Assembly: GCA_012295275.1 (NCBI GenBank)
Contig: CM022670.1
Span: 13,020,001-13,084,000, forward strand
DNA length: 64,000 bases
Origin: Chrysomallon squamiferum
Taxonomy: Eukaryota; Animalia; Mollusca
Direction of reading: 5' to 3'
The notes beneath the pieces are model-generated. The model was not told the origin of the DNA. It searched no databases and worked only from the letters and a program-made list of their open reading frames with translations. How positions within the stretch are numbered: the stretch's first letter is position 1; each line of letters opens with the position of its first letter. Made by a program: the position numbers and the translations under genes. Of the stretch, positions 43,790-56,788 are shown piece by piece.

Positions 43790-44743
43790 TTCTATCTACA
43801 TTTGCATTCTGCTTCCTATGGTTTTCGGAATTTATTTAATTCACATTTTCGCGAATATACAAAACATTCCTACTGAATACAAAACTCAAAAAAAAAAAAA
43901 AAAAAAAAAAATAAAAAATGATCATTGGACAGATCACGAATTATCTACCCGCCATCCCCCCTCTCGCCCTCCTTCCATCCTTGTCCTTAAACCATCGTGA
44001 CAGTCCGCCTGGAGGACTCGGGTTAGTTATTCTACGAAGCCCGCGTAGCGTAGTGGCTTGTGTACATTTCTCGAGGGCGATTCGCTTATTAGTAGCGAAG
44101 GTTTCTGCAATACTTCAAACGCCGAAGTTTCAACTCCTGTTATGCTCGGGTCACTAACGTATTTGTATTAAAAAGGAAACCTGTAAATGCAGTTCTACAT
44201 GCCACGATCCCCAATTAGAGTCTTTCCCTGTTAGTTTTTAAACGGCGACGTGTCAGCTTCTATTTCTCACTCTTCTCTTCTCTTCTCTTCTCTGATGGAC
44301 GAGTTTCCTTCGGGGGTAAAACGAAGACGCCTTTCAACGGCATTAATGGCGTTGCTTTTTCGTGGCACGGTCGCTCGTGTAGAAAATGTAACGTTATTCT
44401 AATGAAGCGGTACAAGTGCGCGTTGCCGGTCTAACTTTTCTCGGTTCGTGTAAGAACCCATATGCGGAGAAAAACGAAACGAAATTATTAAAGCCTGGAC
44501 AAATGTCATGATAATGGACTTGATCCGAATCCGGCTTCACACAGCTTGTTAAATAAAGAAGAAGAAGAAAAAAAAAAAAAAAAACGAAACGAAAAAACAG
44601 AGATAATAAAAATACAAAAAAAAAAAATATTTTGAGTTGTGATGAATTTTAATGGACTTTTTTTTTTTATTCGATCCAAAACTGTTTAAAAAATCAGTTC
44701 GAATTTTGAATCTTATATAACGATACATTATTTAATTTTGAAA

Positions 44744-44775
<32 letters not shown>

Positions 44776-47521
44776 CAGTTTAAGTGCATGCATGTTTAGG
44801 CTTTCTTTCCATTATATTCAAACTTATCAAATATAATTTGTCATATTTTTCAGTGTAACTGAAATTGATGATGATGTTGTATTAAAAAATTAAATTCAAA
44901 TTCAGTATTAAAATTATAATCAGAAATTAAGAATCTTAGTTAATTCAGATTTTCTCATACATATTTTGTGTTCAAGTTCTTCATCACTAATTCAGACTTT
45001 AGAGTTATTTACTATTTCGTTTGCTTTTTCTTTCATTCTTTTTTTTATTATTTACTTTCTCTCTTTATATTTAATGGGCTAAACGAGTGTTCTTTGTCTT
45101 AATTTCCTAGTATGAGTACGCTGATACATATATCAATAATTCATAAAGAAAAATAACGAATTATAAATTTCGTTCGAATCAGGGAGTAACTCATTTAATT
45201 TCAAAATTCGTAGAATGATCAAATAAGGAAATGTTAGTTTCGAAAAAAAATTAAAAAAATGTATTCAGATATTTATTTCACAGCCAGTAAAACAAAAACA
45301 AATATCTTTCATTTTAATTCCATTTACAATTTAACTAAAACTTATAAGATAATGTTTTAATTGCATGATTGTTATTTCAGTCAGTATTTCGGGATATTTT
45401 TCTTCTTTTTATTTAGGCTTAGCCATATTTGGAACTGATATTATTAATTAGACGAAGAGAAAGCAGGGGTACTGACAGACAGACGAACACACGTAAATAC
45501 TTTCTTTCTTGTCCGTGTAAACAGCTAATGAATTATTTTAACCGAAAGTTCAATAAATTACACAGAACTCGGCCGAACGAAAATTTAGCTCGTAAGAATT
45601 TTACAACTGTTTCTCAAGAATGACCCGTGACCTTTCCGACACGCCTCGCGAAATGGACATGACTGGAGGGTGGTGCGCATGACACAACTTAGCGCATATC
45701 AAACAAGAATCACTTATGATCCGTTACTAATTATCATTTGTTAGCCGACTCCCCGCCATGCTTTCTTCACAGTCGTCTCTTTCCTACTTAACACCCAGGC
45801 GAGCAAAACAAAATTTCTGATTTTTATTCAGCGCGTCCATAAAACAAGAAATAAATTCTTCAGTCATGGATAGATAGACTTTCCTAACAGCATCAAAGAA
45901 TGGAGATCAATCTGAAGGAACTTGAAGAAAGAAAGAAAGAAAAAAATAGATTAATTATTTCAGCATGGGTATCCTGAACAATGCAACCATCCCCTGGGTG
46001 AAATTCATCAGGCTGCTCGCATCGAGGATGTTGATAAAAGGTGTCGGCGCCTTTTGATGTCGTAGATGAGTAATTATTACTTACTGGGAGCAAAAATAAA
46101 CAATGTTGATGTGTTTCTAGGTTGCTTAATGAAGTATGATGCTGGTAGAATGTGCGAAAATAAACGACTGGGGCGTCAGAAGAGATAATCTTAGCCATGA
46201 AACAACTACGATGAAAACGGGAAGCTTTGTTATTGTTTGTTAAGGGGCTCGAATCCCGCAGATTTGCTTTATAAACAATAATATTTAGTTTCTTTTTTTT
46301 TTCAAAGCATGCGAGTTGACTGGTGTTTCCGAATTTACCAAGCATGTGGAGCTTTCCTTTGATATTACGTCTTCATAGTAAACCGAGAAATTAACATATG
46401 TTTGTGTATAAATACAACTATATACACACACAAACATAAACATACACAAACAAACAGAGAAACAGACAGATTATAATGACAAAAATACAAACATAAATAC
46501 GTACTATCCACACACACACACACACACACACAAACAAACGTATTTTTTTTTATTATTTCTCTTATCACTGAACATTTCATACCAACAAATAACTCGTTAG
46601 TTAAATTAACATTTTTGTTTCTAAAAAAATGAATTTATCGTACACAGTACTTAGACAAGCAGTTTGTGAAGATCGCACTAAGTGTGTTTTTTCAAGACGT
46701 ATGTTGTTTTAAATTTGAATAAACACGTACAACTGTCGTTCAAAGAGACGGGACATATTTCATTCGAGCTGGCATGGCTGCGGCATGCGAGGTTCAGATA
46801 AACTGCCTCGGCTCTGTAAGTGACAGAAATATTCAGCACATGTTGATAACATGAACTGAAGTCATCTCGACGCTTTCTTGGCATTTGGAAACCCATTAAT
46901 ATTCACATTAATGCAACTGCCGAACTCTTCCAACACAGTTTAAAAAAAAAAAAAAAAAAAAAAAGAATGTAAAGATTCTTTCCTTTATTCTTTTTTTTTT
47001 CTCTCTTTTTTTTATTTTTTTTTTTTTTTTTTTTTTTTTTGTTGTTGTTGTTGTTGTTTTGTTTTTTTTGTCGGTTTTTTTCTAACGAGGAAGAAAGTGT
47101 TAAATAATTTTTTAAAGAAAACCATTAGTAAAAGACTAATAAGTGTGACCTTTTGTCAAATATTTCAATTTTTTGTTAAACCCGAGATGTCTTGTTGTTT
47201 TCAAAATAAAAAGTATACATACTTCCTGATACACAACTGAAATTTTGCGAATCTCAGGATTCGTGTACATAATTATTTGCATACATACATACATACATAC
47301 ATGATGTTGTTGTTGCTATTGGTGATGTTGTTATCAAGATCATAATCATAATTATTATTTTTTTTTTTTTTTTTGTTATTCCAGTTATTATTATTATTAT
47401 TATTTTCCAAATATTATTCTTTTTAATTTATTTATATATTAATTTATATAACATTTTTTTTTAACTTTCAGAAAATGAAAAGGACTATTTAAATGGAATT
47501 AGTAGTTGTAGTAGTAGTAGT

Positions 47522-47598
<77 letters not shown>

Positions 47599-48244
47599 CT
47601 CTAAACCGCCACACACGTATAGCTAACACAGAACACGACTTCTGTGAAAGTTCACATCACGCCAACATTTACTTTTCTTAATTCGAAAGACATTTTAGTT
47701 CCGCCATTGGCGACATGTGTATGGCCGCTTCCGCTTGCCACTTCGACAGCACCATTAGCAGCAGCAACAACGGCAGGCGAAATCTCCTTTGAGCGGACTT
47801 GCTGGCAACACGCTAGGGTCAGAATGTCTTTCTAGTTTCCCAAATGAAATGACAAACTCCGCAAATTCGTACTTTCTCCCTCCCACACAGACACAAAGGC
47901 GACGGGGAAAAACGTACAGGAACCCCAAGGTTCAAGCAATTGTCTTTGAGTAGCGTTGAAGAAAAAAAAATAAAAGCCCAAAGAGCGTGTTATTGCAAGA
48001 GTATTGTTTAGATTAACATATGTACTTTTTCCCTCTTTGATATACGAGCCTGTTAAATCAACACTGTAGAAAAAAATAGAAAAAAAAATGTTACACTGAT
48101 CAAACGGACCTTGTGTTAACTATTATTTCACTTCAAAACTTGCTTTTCAAAACCGCAAAGGGTTTTCACTTTGTTCTTGGAGATCCAGACGCCAAAACCA
48201 GAAGTCGGAGGAAGCGATTTAGGCACCGTGTCAATACAGACATG

Positions 48245-48420
48245 CCTGGGCCAATTCTCAAAACAGAACGTTTTTTTATTTCTTTCTCCCCTTCTGTCTA
48301 TAAAACATATAATATATATATAATAGGTGTGTGTTTGTGTTTGTATGTGTGTGTGGGTGTCTATTCTAGGGCCAATTCTCAAAACGTTTTCTTTTTCTCC
48401 CCCACTGTTTATAAAACATA
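48245..48420. repeat. Diverged direct repeat, period about 120 bp
   Basis: GGGCCAATTCTCAAAAC...TTCTCCCC..CTGT.TATAAAACATA occurs twice. Confidence 0.75.
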
Positions 48421-48433
48421 ACAAAAAAACATG

Positions 48434-48538
<105 letters not shown>

Positions 48539-49398
48539 TTGTGTGTATATATATATATATTTTTACTCGATGGTCTCGGCGGAGGAATGAAGATGAAAAC
48601 GATCACAGAGACGTGGTTGAAATAGACACATGTGCTTCGTTTGGCGCAAAAGGGAGAAATAGACAACAGAATTGCCGATTTCAAAGAGAGGATAAAATTG
48701 CTCTCCGCAGCAGATTTTTGTGTAAAAAAAAAAAATCTTTGCCCGGAATTACCCCCAGTGTACAACACCGGCACCTTTGGTGTTGAAGTTTGTATACACA
48801 ATTAGTATATTATTAAAACGTGCCACTCTTACACGTGTTAAGTAAAGGATGGGAGAAAATGTCGAAGATGTGTTCGAGTTTCCAGCACGTGTTGCTGTAT
48901 GTTTGTTAGAACAGAAACCCACCAATTTTGACTGTGCAGTGGGTAAGTCGTTTAGTTAAGTGGGGTGTCGCCTCCGGTTTTTTTTTTTTTTTTCTGCAAT
49001 CCAGAACTGAGGTGAAATGTGTAGAACCATTCTAATGTTATTTTTCAGTGTAACTAATTCTCTAACACACTAACGCAAACTCTGTTTTCAACAAGCAGAC
49101 ACAGCAGGCCCAAGACAAGCTTACTTCAGCATTTAGTGAATTGTTGTAACTAAATGATCATTTGACTGAAAAAAATGTGTTATACCAGATATATCTTCGT
49201 GAACCTTTCTTGTTTAGTATGTTAGTATGTTAGAAAATTAGTAACAGTGGATGTTAATTAATAAATATAGTGATGTTGTTAGTATGTAGCTAATATCTAA
49301 GTTATATTCTGTTATTACTAATGTTATTGTCATTGCACGGTTGTTAATGCTCTAGAACATTTGCAAGTACATCTGCTATTAGAAATCTTCTTCTTCTT

Positions 49399-49457
<59 letters not shown>

Positions 49458-49585
49458 TACTACTACTACTACTACCTTTGAAAAGCACGACAATGACCAC
49501 AACCACCACGACTGCAACTGCTACCCAGACTATTAATAATACAGATGCCAATACTTCTACTACTACTAGAGCTGCTGCTGCTACT

Positions 49586-49635
<50 letters not shown>

Positions 49636-50559
49636 GGCCTTCGTGGTAAAGAAGCATTCAAATCAGATATTTTACGACGATTAAAGAGTTTTTAAAAAAG
49701 ATAATTATTTTCTTTGATGTCATGTACCGCCTTCATTTCCCTCGTATCTTAATTCCAAGTCTTTGAAACCCTTTCTAGACATACGATAATAATTTATTAC
49801 CTCTGCCCCTCCCCCATTGTCCACCCCGCCCATCCAGTCCCCGTACACGCAATGTGAGATGATCACACCAGTACGTTACTAACGAAATGTCATCCCCGCT
49901 GATAAAACTGGGGACTAAAACCAAGGAGGGCGCCCATTGTCCTCTTGAGTTCCGAGACTTTCAAGTGAACGATCAGAGGAGACGAAAATCAGTCAGGTCG
50001 TGATAACGATTCGACCAAGCCGCGTAACCTGCTTGTTTTTATTACTCATCGTTCGTGGCTTATCTCTCTCTCTCTTTTTCTCTCTCTCTTTCTCTCTCTC
50101 TGCCCATTCATAAATCGTTCGCTTATAATCGTACTTGTGTCTACGAGATAAAAATATCGCCCCCTCCAAAAAAAAAAAAAAAGAAGAAATGAAACGACAC
50201 GACATGACTCTCGGTTTTTTTTAAGACTTGTTTGTTTACATTGAGAAACTAGTTATTTTAACCACCGGATCAAAAGACTCGGAGGGTTAGCGAAAAAAAA
50301 GAAGTTGTTGTCGAGCCTACGGTAGCCAGTGTGAAGAGCGAAGTGGTTTTAGGGTGTGTTGTAGATCCCGAAGCTAGAAACGTGTATTGTTACAGTGAGC
50401 TGATACAGTGTCAAAACTGAAGATGTTAACAGACTCTTAACGTGCAAAAAATTCTTCTCTAATTTTAAGTCAAGCTTTAAGATCATCTGTAGGTGGTGTG
50501 GTCGCGTTATCACCTAGCATTCGTTCAGATCTAAACTGCATTGAAGTAAAAGCATACTA

Positions 50560-50880
50560 TTTCTCTCTCTTTAATGCATTACAGTTGTCATTAGGAAAAC
50601 ATCTTCTCTATAACATATTACAACTGAAATGTTTTTAAAAAAAAGAAAAACAAACAAACAAAACAACACCTTCTCTCTAATCCATTAAAATTGTCACGGG
50701 AAAACATCTCTCTCTGACACATTAAAGTTATCATGGAGAAACTTCATTTCTGAAACTTATTAGAATTTTGGGGGAAAAATATTTTCTGTCTAACACATTT
50801 AAACTATCATTGGGAAAACATCTAACTCATTTTAAATGTGTTGTAGAAAATATCTTCTGTATAATGCATTAAAAATGTCA
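50560..50880. repeat. Degenerate minisatellite, unit about 38 bp
   Basis: Recurring CATTAAA.TTGTCATGGGAAAACATCTTCTCT.TAA-like units, roughly eight copies. Confidence 0.7.
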
Positions 50881-51028
50881 AAGTAAATAATCCTGAAATT
50901 CTGAATTTCACGATCGATATAGACGTCCTGGAATCTTTAGTGCCATAAATACATTTTTAATGTTTTATTTAGTAATTTAAAAAAGAAAAGGAGAAAAGCA
51001 TATATTAAAGGTACTAGTATATCATTAT

Positions 51029-51517
51029 CAGATCACATCATCTTTATATAAGAAAATCAATAGTGACTTGTAATATCTGTTAATATTAAAAAGTGCCGAT
51101 GACTCTTGAATTTTTATTTCATTTTATTATTTTTATTTCTTATTCTTTTTTCTTAATTTTTTAAAATTATTTTTTACAGATCACATCGCTAAAAATCTAA
51201 CATGTAAAAAAAATCTAACACGATCATCTTTATATCTTAATTTTTTTAAAATTTAGTGACTTGTAATATCTGTTAATATTAAAAGTGCCGATGACTCTTG
51301 AATTTTTATTTCATTTTATTTTTTTATTTCTTATTCTTTTTTCTTAATTTTTAAAATTATTTTTACAGATCACATCGCTAAAATTCTAACACGATCATCT
51401 TTATATAAGAAAATCAATAGTGACTTGTAATATCTGTTATTGACTCTTGAATTTTTATTTCATTTTATTATTTTTATTTCTTATTCTTTTTTCTTAATTT
51501 TTTAAAAATTATTTTTT
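51029..51517. repeat. Tandem triplication, units about 165-195 bp
   Basis: TAGTGACTTGTAATATCTGTTA...TGACTCTTGAATTTTTATTTCATTTTATT occurs three times with internal indels. Confidence 0.9.
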
Positions 51518-52257
51518 ATTATAATAATAATAATAATTATTATTATTATCATCATCATCATCATCATTTACACACTAACTCATCCATACATTCATTCAAA
51601 ATTTGTGTAAAGAAAAAAAAAAAAGAAAAAAAAAACCCACAGACCCCCACACGTCAAAAGTTAAACTTGGTGCTCCGAACACGAAGGAGGAAACAAGCCA
51701 TACAGAAGAATGTTTCGCATTATCGGATCACTTTTGTAAGGAGTTAATGACGTCAAGCTGCTGAAGGTACTCGACACTTTCATTCACAACTGAGCCGATA
51801 CGAGCCGAGCATCTCCGACTCTTTCTTCTCACCGACCGTCTGTTTGTCCAAAGTAATAAATGATAACACGTAATGTACGTGATATAACCGTTATATCAGG
51901 TTGCCGGGGAAAACTTGGTAGTAAAGTTAAAGAGTTGTTGTCTTGAAGTGATAAAGGTTGTGATTTATTTTTGTGTTGTGTTTGTGGGAAATGAAGGAAC
52001 GAACAAAACAAGATTAACCTGCAGACACTACGCAAATGCACATTATAAATATTTATAATATATATTATATATATATATATATATACACATACGTGCACGC
52101 AATATATATAACACGCCCATACAAATATCATGTGTTTCATATGCATACGAAAAACAAACAAAAAAAGAAATGTTTCTCTCTCATTCTCACAGACATGCGT
52201 TGTCTCCGCATCAGGAATCTATTCGCATTTGTGAAATATTTACATAAAGTGCAAAGG

Positions 52258-52322
<65 letters not shown>

Positions 52323-52607
52323 GTAGTAATAATAGTAATGAGAAGATGAAAATAAAGCAACTTGTTAATAATAGAAAAGAAAGGAAAATATAAAAATAAA
52401 CAGAATTAAACTATAAAGTCTAATAAAAAAGGAAAATTGACAAAGAGCTATCATATTTTGTTCATTTATTTATATATTTGTTCAAAAACCAGTTGAACAA
52501 TAAAGTGATAGGTAAAATAAATTTCAAATGAATATACTAAGATTAATAATAATAAAAATAATAATAATAATGATGATGATGATGATGATAATATAATAAT
52601 ATTAATG

Positions 52608-52650
<43 letters not shown>

Positions 52651-54073
52651 TAATAATAATAATAATAACAATAATACAATGATGATAATGACGATGATAT
52701 TAAACTACTGAGTTAATGATGGTTTAAAATGTTTGTTTCTTTCAAACTTGAAAAGCATGTTCAGAGGATTTGAAAACAAATTGTTATGTTGACCATACAG
52801 AATAATCCTCTCATTATTTTCTTATGAATGGCCGACATTTCTACAAATGTCAAAGTGAATGAAATCTGCTTCCTTTCGCGTGCTATACTGCAGTAGTTAG
52901 TTCAACATAAAGGCGTGGTTTCCCTCGATATTACGCGCTAAAAAAAAAAATATCAAAAAAAAACAACCCTATCTCCTTCTTTCTTTGATGTTAAACTCTC
53001 AGTATAAAAATCAGTATAGTTCATAATTTACTTAAATTTTCTGCATCACCAAATCTGTGTTGGACATTATTTCTTTAAGAAAAAAACCACCTCGCTAGAC
53101 ATTTTCCAGCCTGGCCTGGCACACAAATCCCCGCCCCAGGGCTTTTCAGAGAAACTCCCCTCCCGCGCCGGCCCTGTAATTTGCCCTCTTAATGAAGGGT
53201 GTTATTTCATAAAGGCCGGACCGCGTCCGTTGAAAAACCCGGCCCCTCGGGGACTTACGGATACCAGCAGGAGCGTGTTCTATTGGCCAAACACGGGCAG
53301 TGTTCTCGTTACTTTTGTGTACACGATCGAGTGTTCTCACCGTGCTCAGTGACGTCGAGGTCGCGTGACTTGGTTGAAAAGGTGACGGTGAATGGCTGGC
53401 GGATGTCGGCGTGTGACTTTAATCGTTACATTTAAGGGTCACCCGGTTTTTGACCCCCGAGTTTAATGACATCCTATTTAGTTTTACATCTTTTTGTTCT
53501 ATTCTAATTTTTATTTTTTTTATTTTTTTTATTTTTTTTTATTTTATTTTTTTTATTTTATTTTATATCCATACCTTATGTTTTACTTTAATAGCTTTTC
53601 GTTATAAATTTATCGTTCTCGTGTATATTTTCATAGTTCTGTATTTTTTATCTTACGAATCTTTTTTCATAATTCTTTGTTCATATTATATTTTATATGT
53701 TTAGTTCTTCGTTTTATCTTCCGTAATTCTCTTGTACACATATAAATATAATTTGTCAACATTTAATTTTTTTTACTTTATTTCTAAAATTGTCCATTTT
53801 CTAGTGTTGTTTTGTTGTTATTTTTCTGTTTGTTTGTTTGTTTGTTTGTTTTTAATCTTTGGTTCAACCCAATTTTTTATTTACGGATTTCTTCTTGTTA
53901 ATTATTCTCATGGTTCCTTGTTACTGTTTTTCTTGTTAATGTTTTCCTTTACACTTCTTAATAATAGTGTTACAACATCTACCACATCCACCACCATCTC
54001 CGCTACTATTACTACCACAATTACTACTGCAACTACTACTACTACTACTACTATTATTACTAATGCTACTGCA

Positions 54074-54166
<93 letters not shown>

Positions 54167-54666
54167 AATAATACTAGTATTAGCCTTATTATTATGGCCT
54201 TTTGTGGACATCATAATATATATAATTATGTTATTTTACAAGTTATTACATCCTTAATCATAACAAATGAACATCTGTATGGTTAACAATAAATAACACA
54301 TTTGTATCGTAACGTTTAAAAGATTTCATCAAGTGATTTTGTAATGACTGTATAAAATCGAAAATCGCCTGCCACACAATTAAATGAGTCTGTTACTGTG
54401 ATGTTGTCAACATGCAGAGTCAACAAGTCAGTCAGACTTGCAAACATCCCAGAAGTTTTGAAAAACTAATCACGTGACATTGTCTGGAACAGGAATTTGC
54501 CTAAAGGAGCCAACGACAAGGACGGACCTTGCTAGCCAATAAATTAATTATTTAAAAATATTTATTTTGGATGTTTCTCTTCTTTTGTTTTTTATTTTTT
54601 TAATTTTTTTGACCAATTTTTGCATATATTCATATAATAATTTTTTACACTAATATGTATATATAG

Positions 54667-54697
<31 letters not shown>

Positions 54698-54785
54698 GAT
54701 AGATAGATAGATAGATATAGATATAGATATAGATATAGATATACCCAGTGCCGTATTCCATATCTTTTTTATATTTAAATATTTA

Positions 54786-54878
<93 letters not shown>

Positions 54879-54896
54879 TTTTATTTTATTTTTTAT

Positions 54897-54927
<31 letters not shown>

Positions 54928-54929
<2 letters not shown>

Positions 54930-54980
54930 GGCTTACAGCGGATTTTGGCAGATTATCCTCGTCTCTTGATAAACCACTTT
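54928..54980. repeat. Dispersed repeat of about 53 bp, copy 1 (copy 2 at 56641-56694)
   Basis: GCGGCTTACAGCGGATTTTGGCAGATTATCCTCGTCTCTTGATAAACCACTTT, preceded by poly-T. Confidence 0.85.
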
Positions 54981-55654
54981 CCAACATAGACTTGTTTCAT
55001 TCTGATAATGACCCCTGTCAAAAAAACACACAAAAAAACATAACGGGCACAATAACAAGTTTACGTGCTTAATAAGGTTTCACGCTTTGCTTTATCGGAT
55101 ATCCAACGCCTTTTGGCTTAACTGTTCTTAGCATTTGTGTAAACTGGCTAAAACGCGAATAATGGATTATTTTGTACCCGTTTGAACTGATTTTGAAAAA
55201 GCAGTGAGTTTACGATAAGTGTGTACATAAGTCGCTTTCACTGACGGACCAACCTCGCTTATTTATTTTTTTCTGTCTGCCTAAGGCTGAATTTATGTAT
55301 ATTGAAAAATATGAAACTCGTGTGTTGATTTTGACGTTAATTTTTTTGGACCCGTTGACAGCTGTATATCAAAATAATTATATGTATCTGTGAACTGAAC
55401 TGAAAGAAGTTGACTCTGATTTATGTTTAATATACTGACACGTATGTGTGTAATCATTTCTTTTACATTTGAATGGTTGTCTGTAATATTATATCTGTAT
55501 GGATACATGTTTGTCTGCTCAGTTATCTATCTCTCTCATTATCTATCTATCTATCTATTTATCTATGTGTCTGTCTATTTGCCTATCTGTATATATATAA
55601 AATCTATGTATATACGTGTATATGAATGTTCGTGTGCAAGTAGAATTAGACAGA

Positions 55655-55707
55655 TAGCTAGATAGATAGATAGATAGATAGGCAGTTATACAAGTAGACA
55701 GACAGCC

Positions 55708-55803
<96 letters not shown>
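55655..55803. repeat. (GATA)n / (GACA)n tetranucleotide microsatellite
   Basis: Read directly from the sequence. Confidence 0.93.
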
Positions 55804-56242
55804 GCTGTATCTATGCCCTTATATCTCTTTCTCAGACTTTCTCTTCGTATAACTGTTTATGGTTATATCTAAAAGTCAACGTTTATCCTTACTCATTTTT
55901 TTAACTGTCCGTCAGTCTTTTCGTAAACCTGTCGCTTCTTACAAAACATTATCTTGAGGCACTCTGTGGGTCACTTTGTTCCGTTTAGAAAATGCCACCA
56001 GATTAACACGTCTTATATACACACAAATACTTTTATTATTTTTATTATTTTTTTATTTATGGTATTTAACTCTAAGCCTTGTTAATAGAACGGGTGGTTC
56101 TCTGCCAGTCTAAAACTCGCTTGATTTACTCTTCACAAACATGTACAGTAATAAGTAATAGAGAATGACTGTTTGGACAAAATGTGCAAGCGAGCTGAAA
56201 CAAATTGCCGCAGGCGGTTTGTTTGTATACCGTGCAAATCCG

Positions 56243-56370
<128 letters not shown>

Positions 56371-56640
56371 TTAAATTTGTGTATTTTCTGTTAATGACAA
56401 TAATAAGGATTAAATCAGAGCTGTGGGTTAGTAGTTCGGATGTTCGTCTTGTACAAGGATCCATTCTTGTCGGTGCACACATTGGAATATTTCCCATTCC
56501 AACCACCGAAGGAGATAGGATATATGAAAGATTTAATTTAATTTTAAAAGACCTTAATGGGTTTTTTTTAGTTGTTGTTCGTTTTTTATTTTTTTTTTTT
56601 TTTTTTGTTAATGTTTTGGGGTTTTTTGCGGTGGGGGTTT

Positions 56641-56694
56641 GCGGCTTACAGCGAATATTGGCAGATTATCCTCGACTCTTGATAAAGCACTTTT
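56641..56694. repeat. Dispersed repeat of about 53 bp, copy 2
   Basis: GCGGCTTACAGCGAATATTGGCAGATTATCCTCGACTCTTGATAAAGCACTTT, four mismatches to copy 1. Confidence 0.85.
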
Positions 56695-56720
56695 AAAAAA
56701 AAAAATTGGTTTTATAGATG

Positions 56721-56788
<68 letters not shown>

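Noticed and set aside
50560-50880. CRISPR-like repeat-spacer array
   Set aside because: The units are degenerate along their whole length with no unique spacers, there are no cas genes, and the context is eukaryotic.
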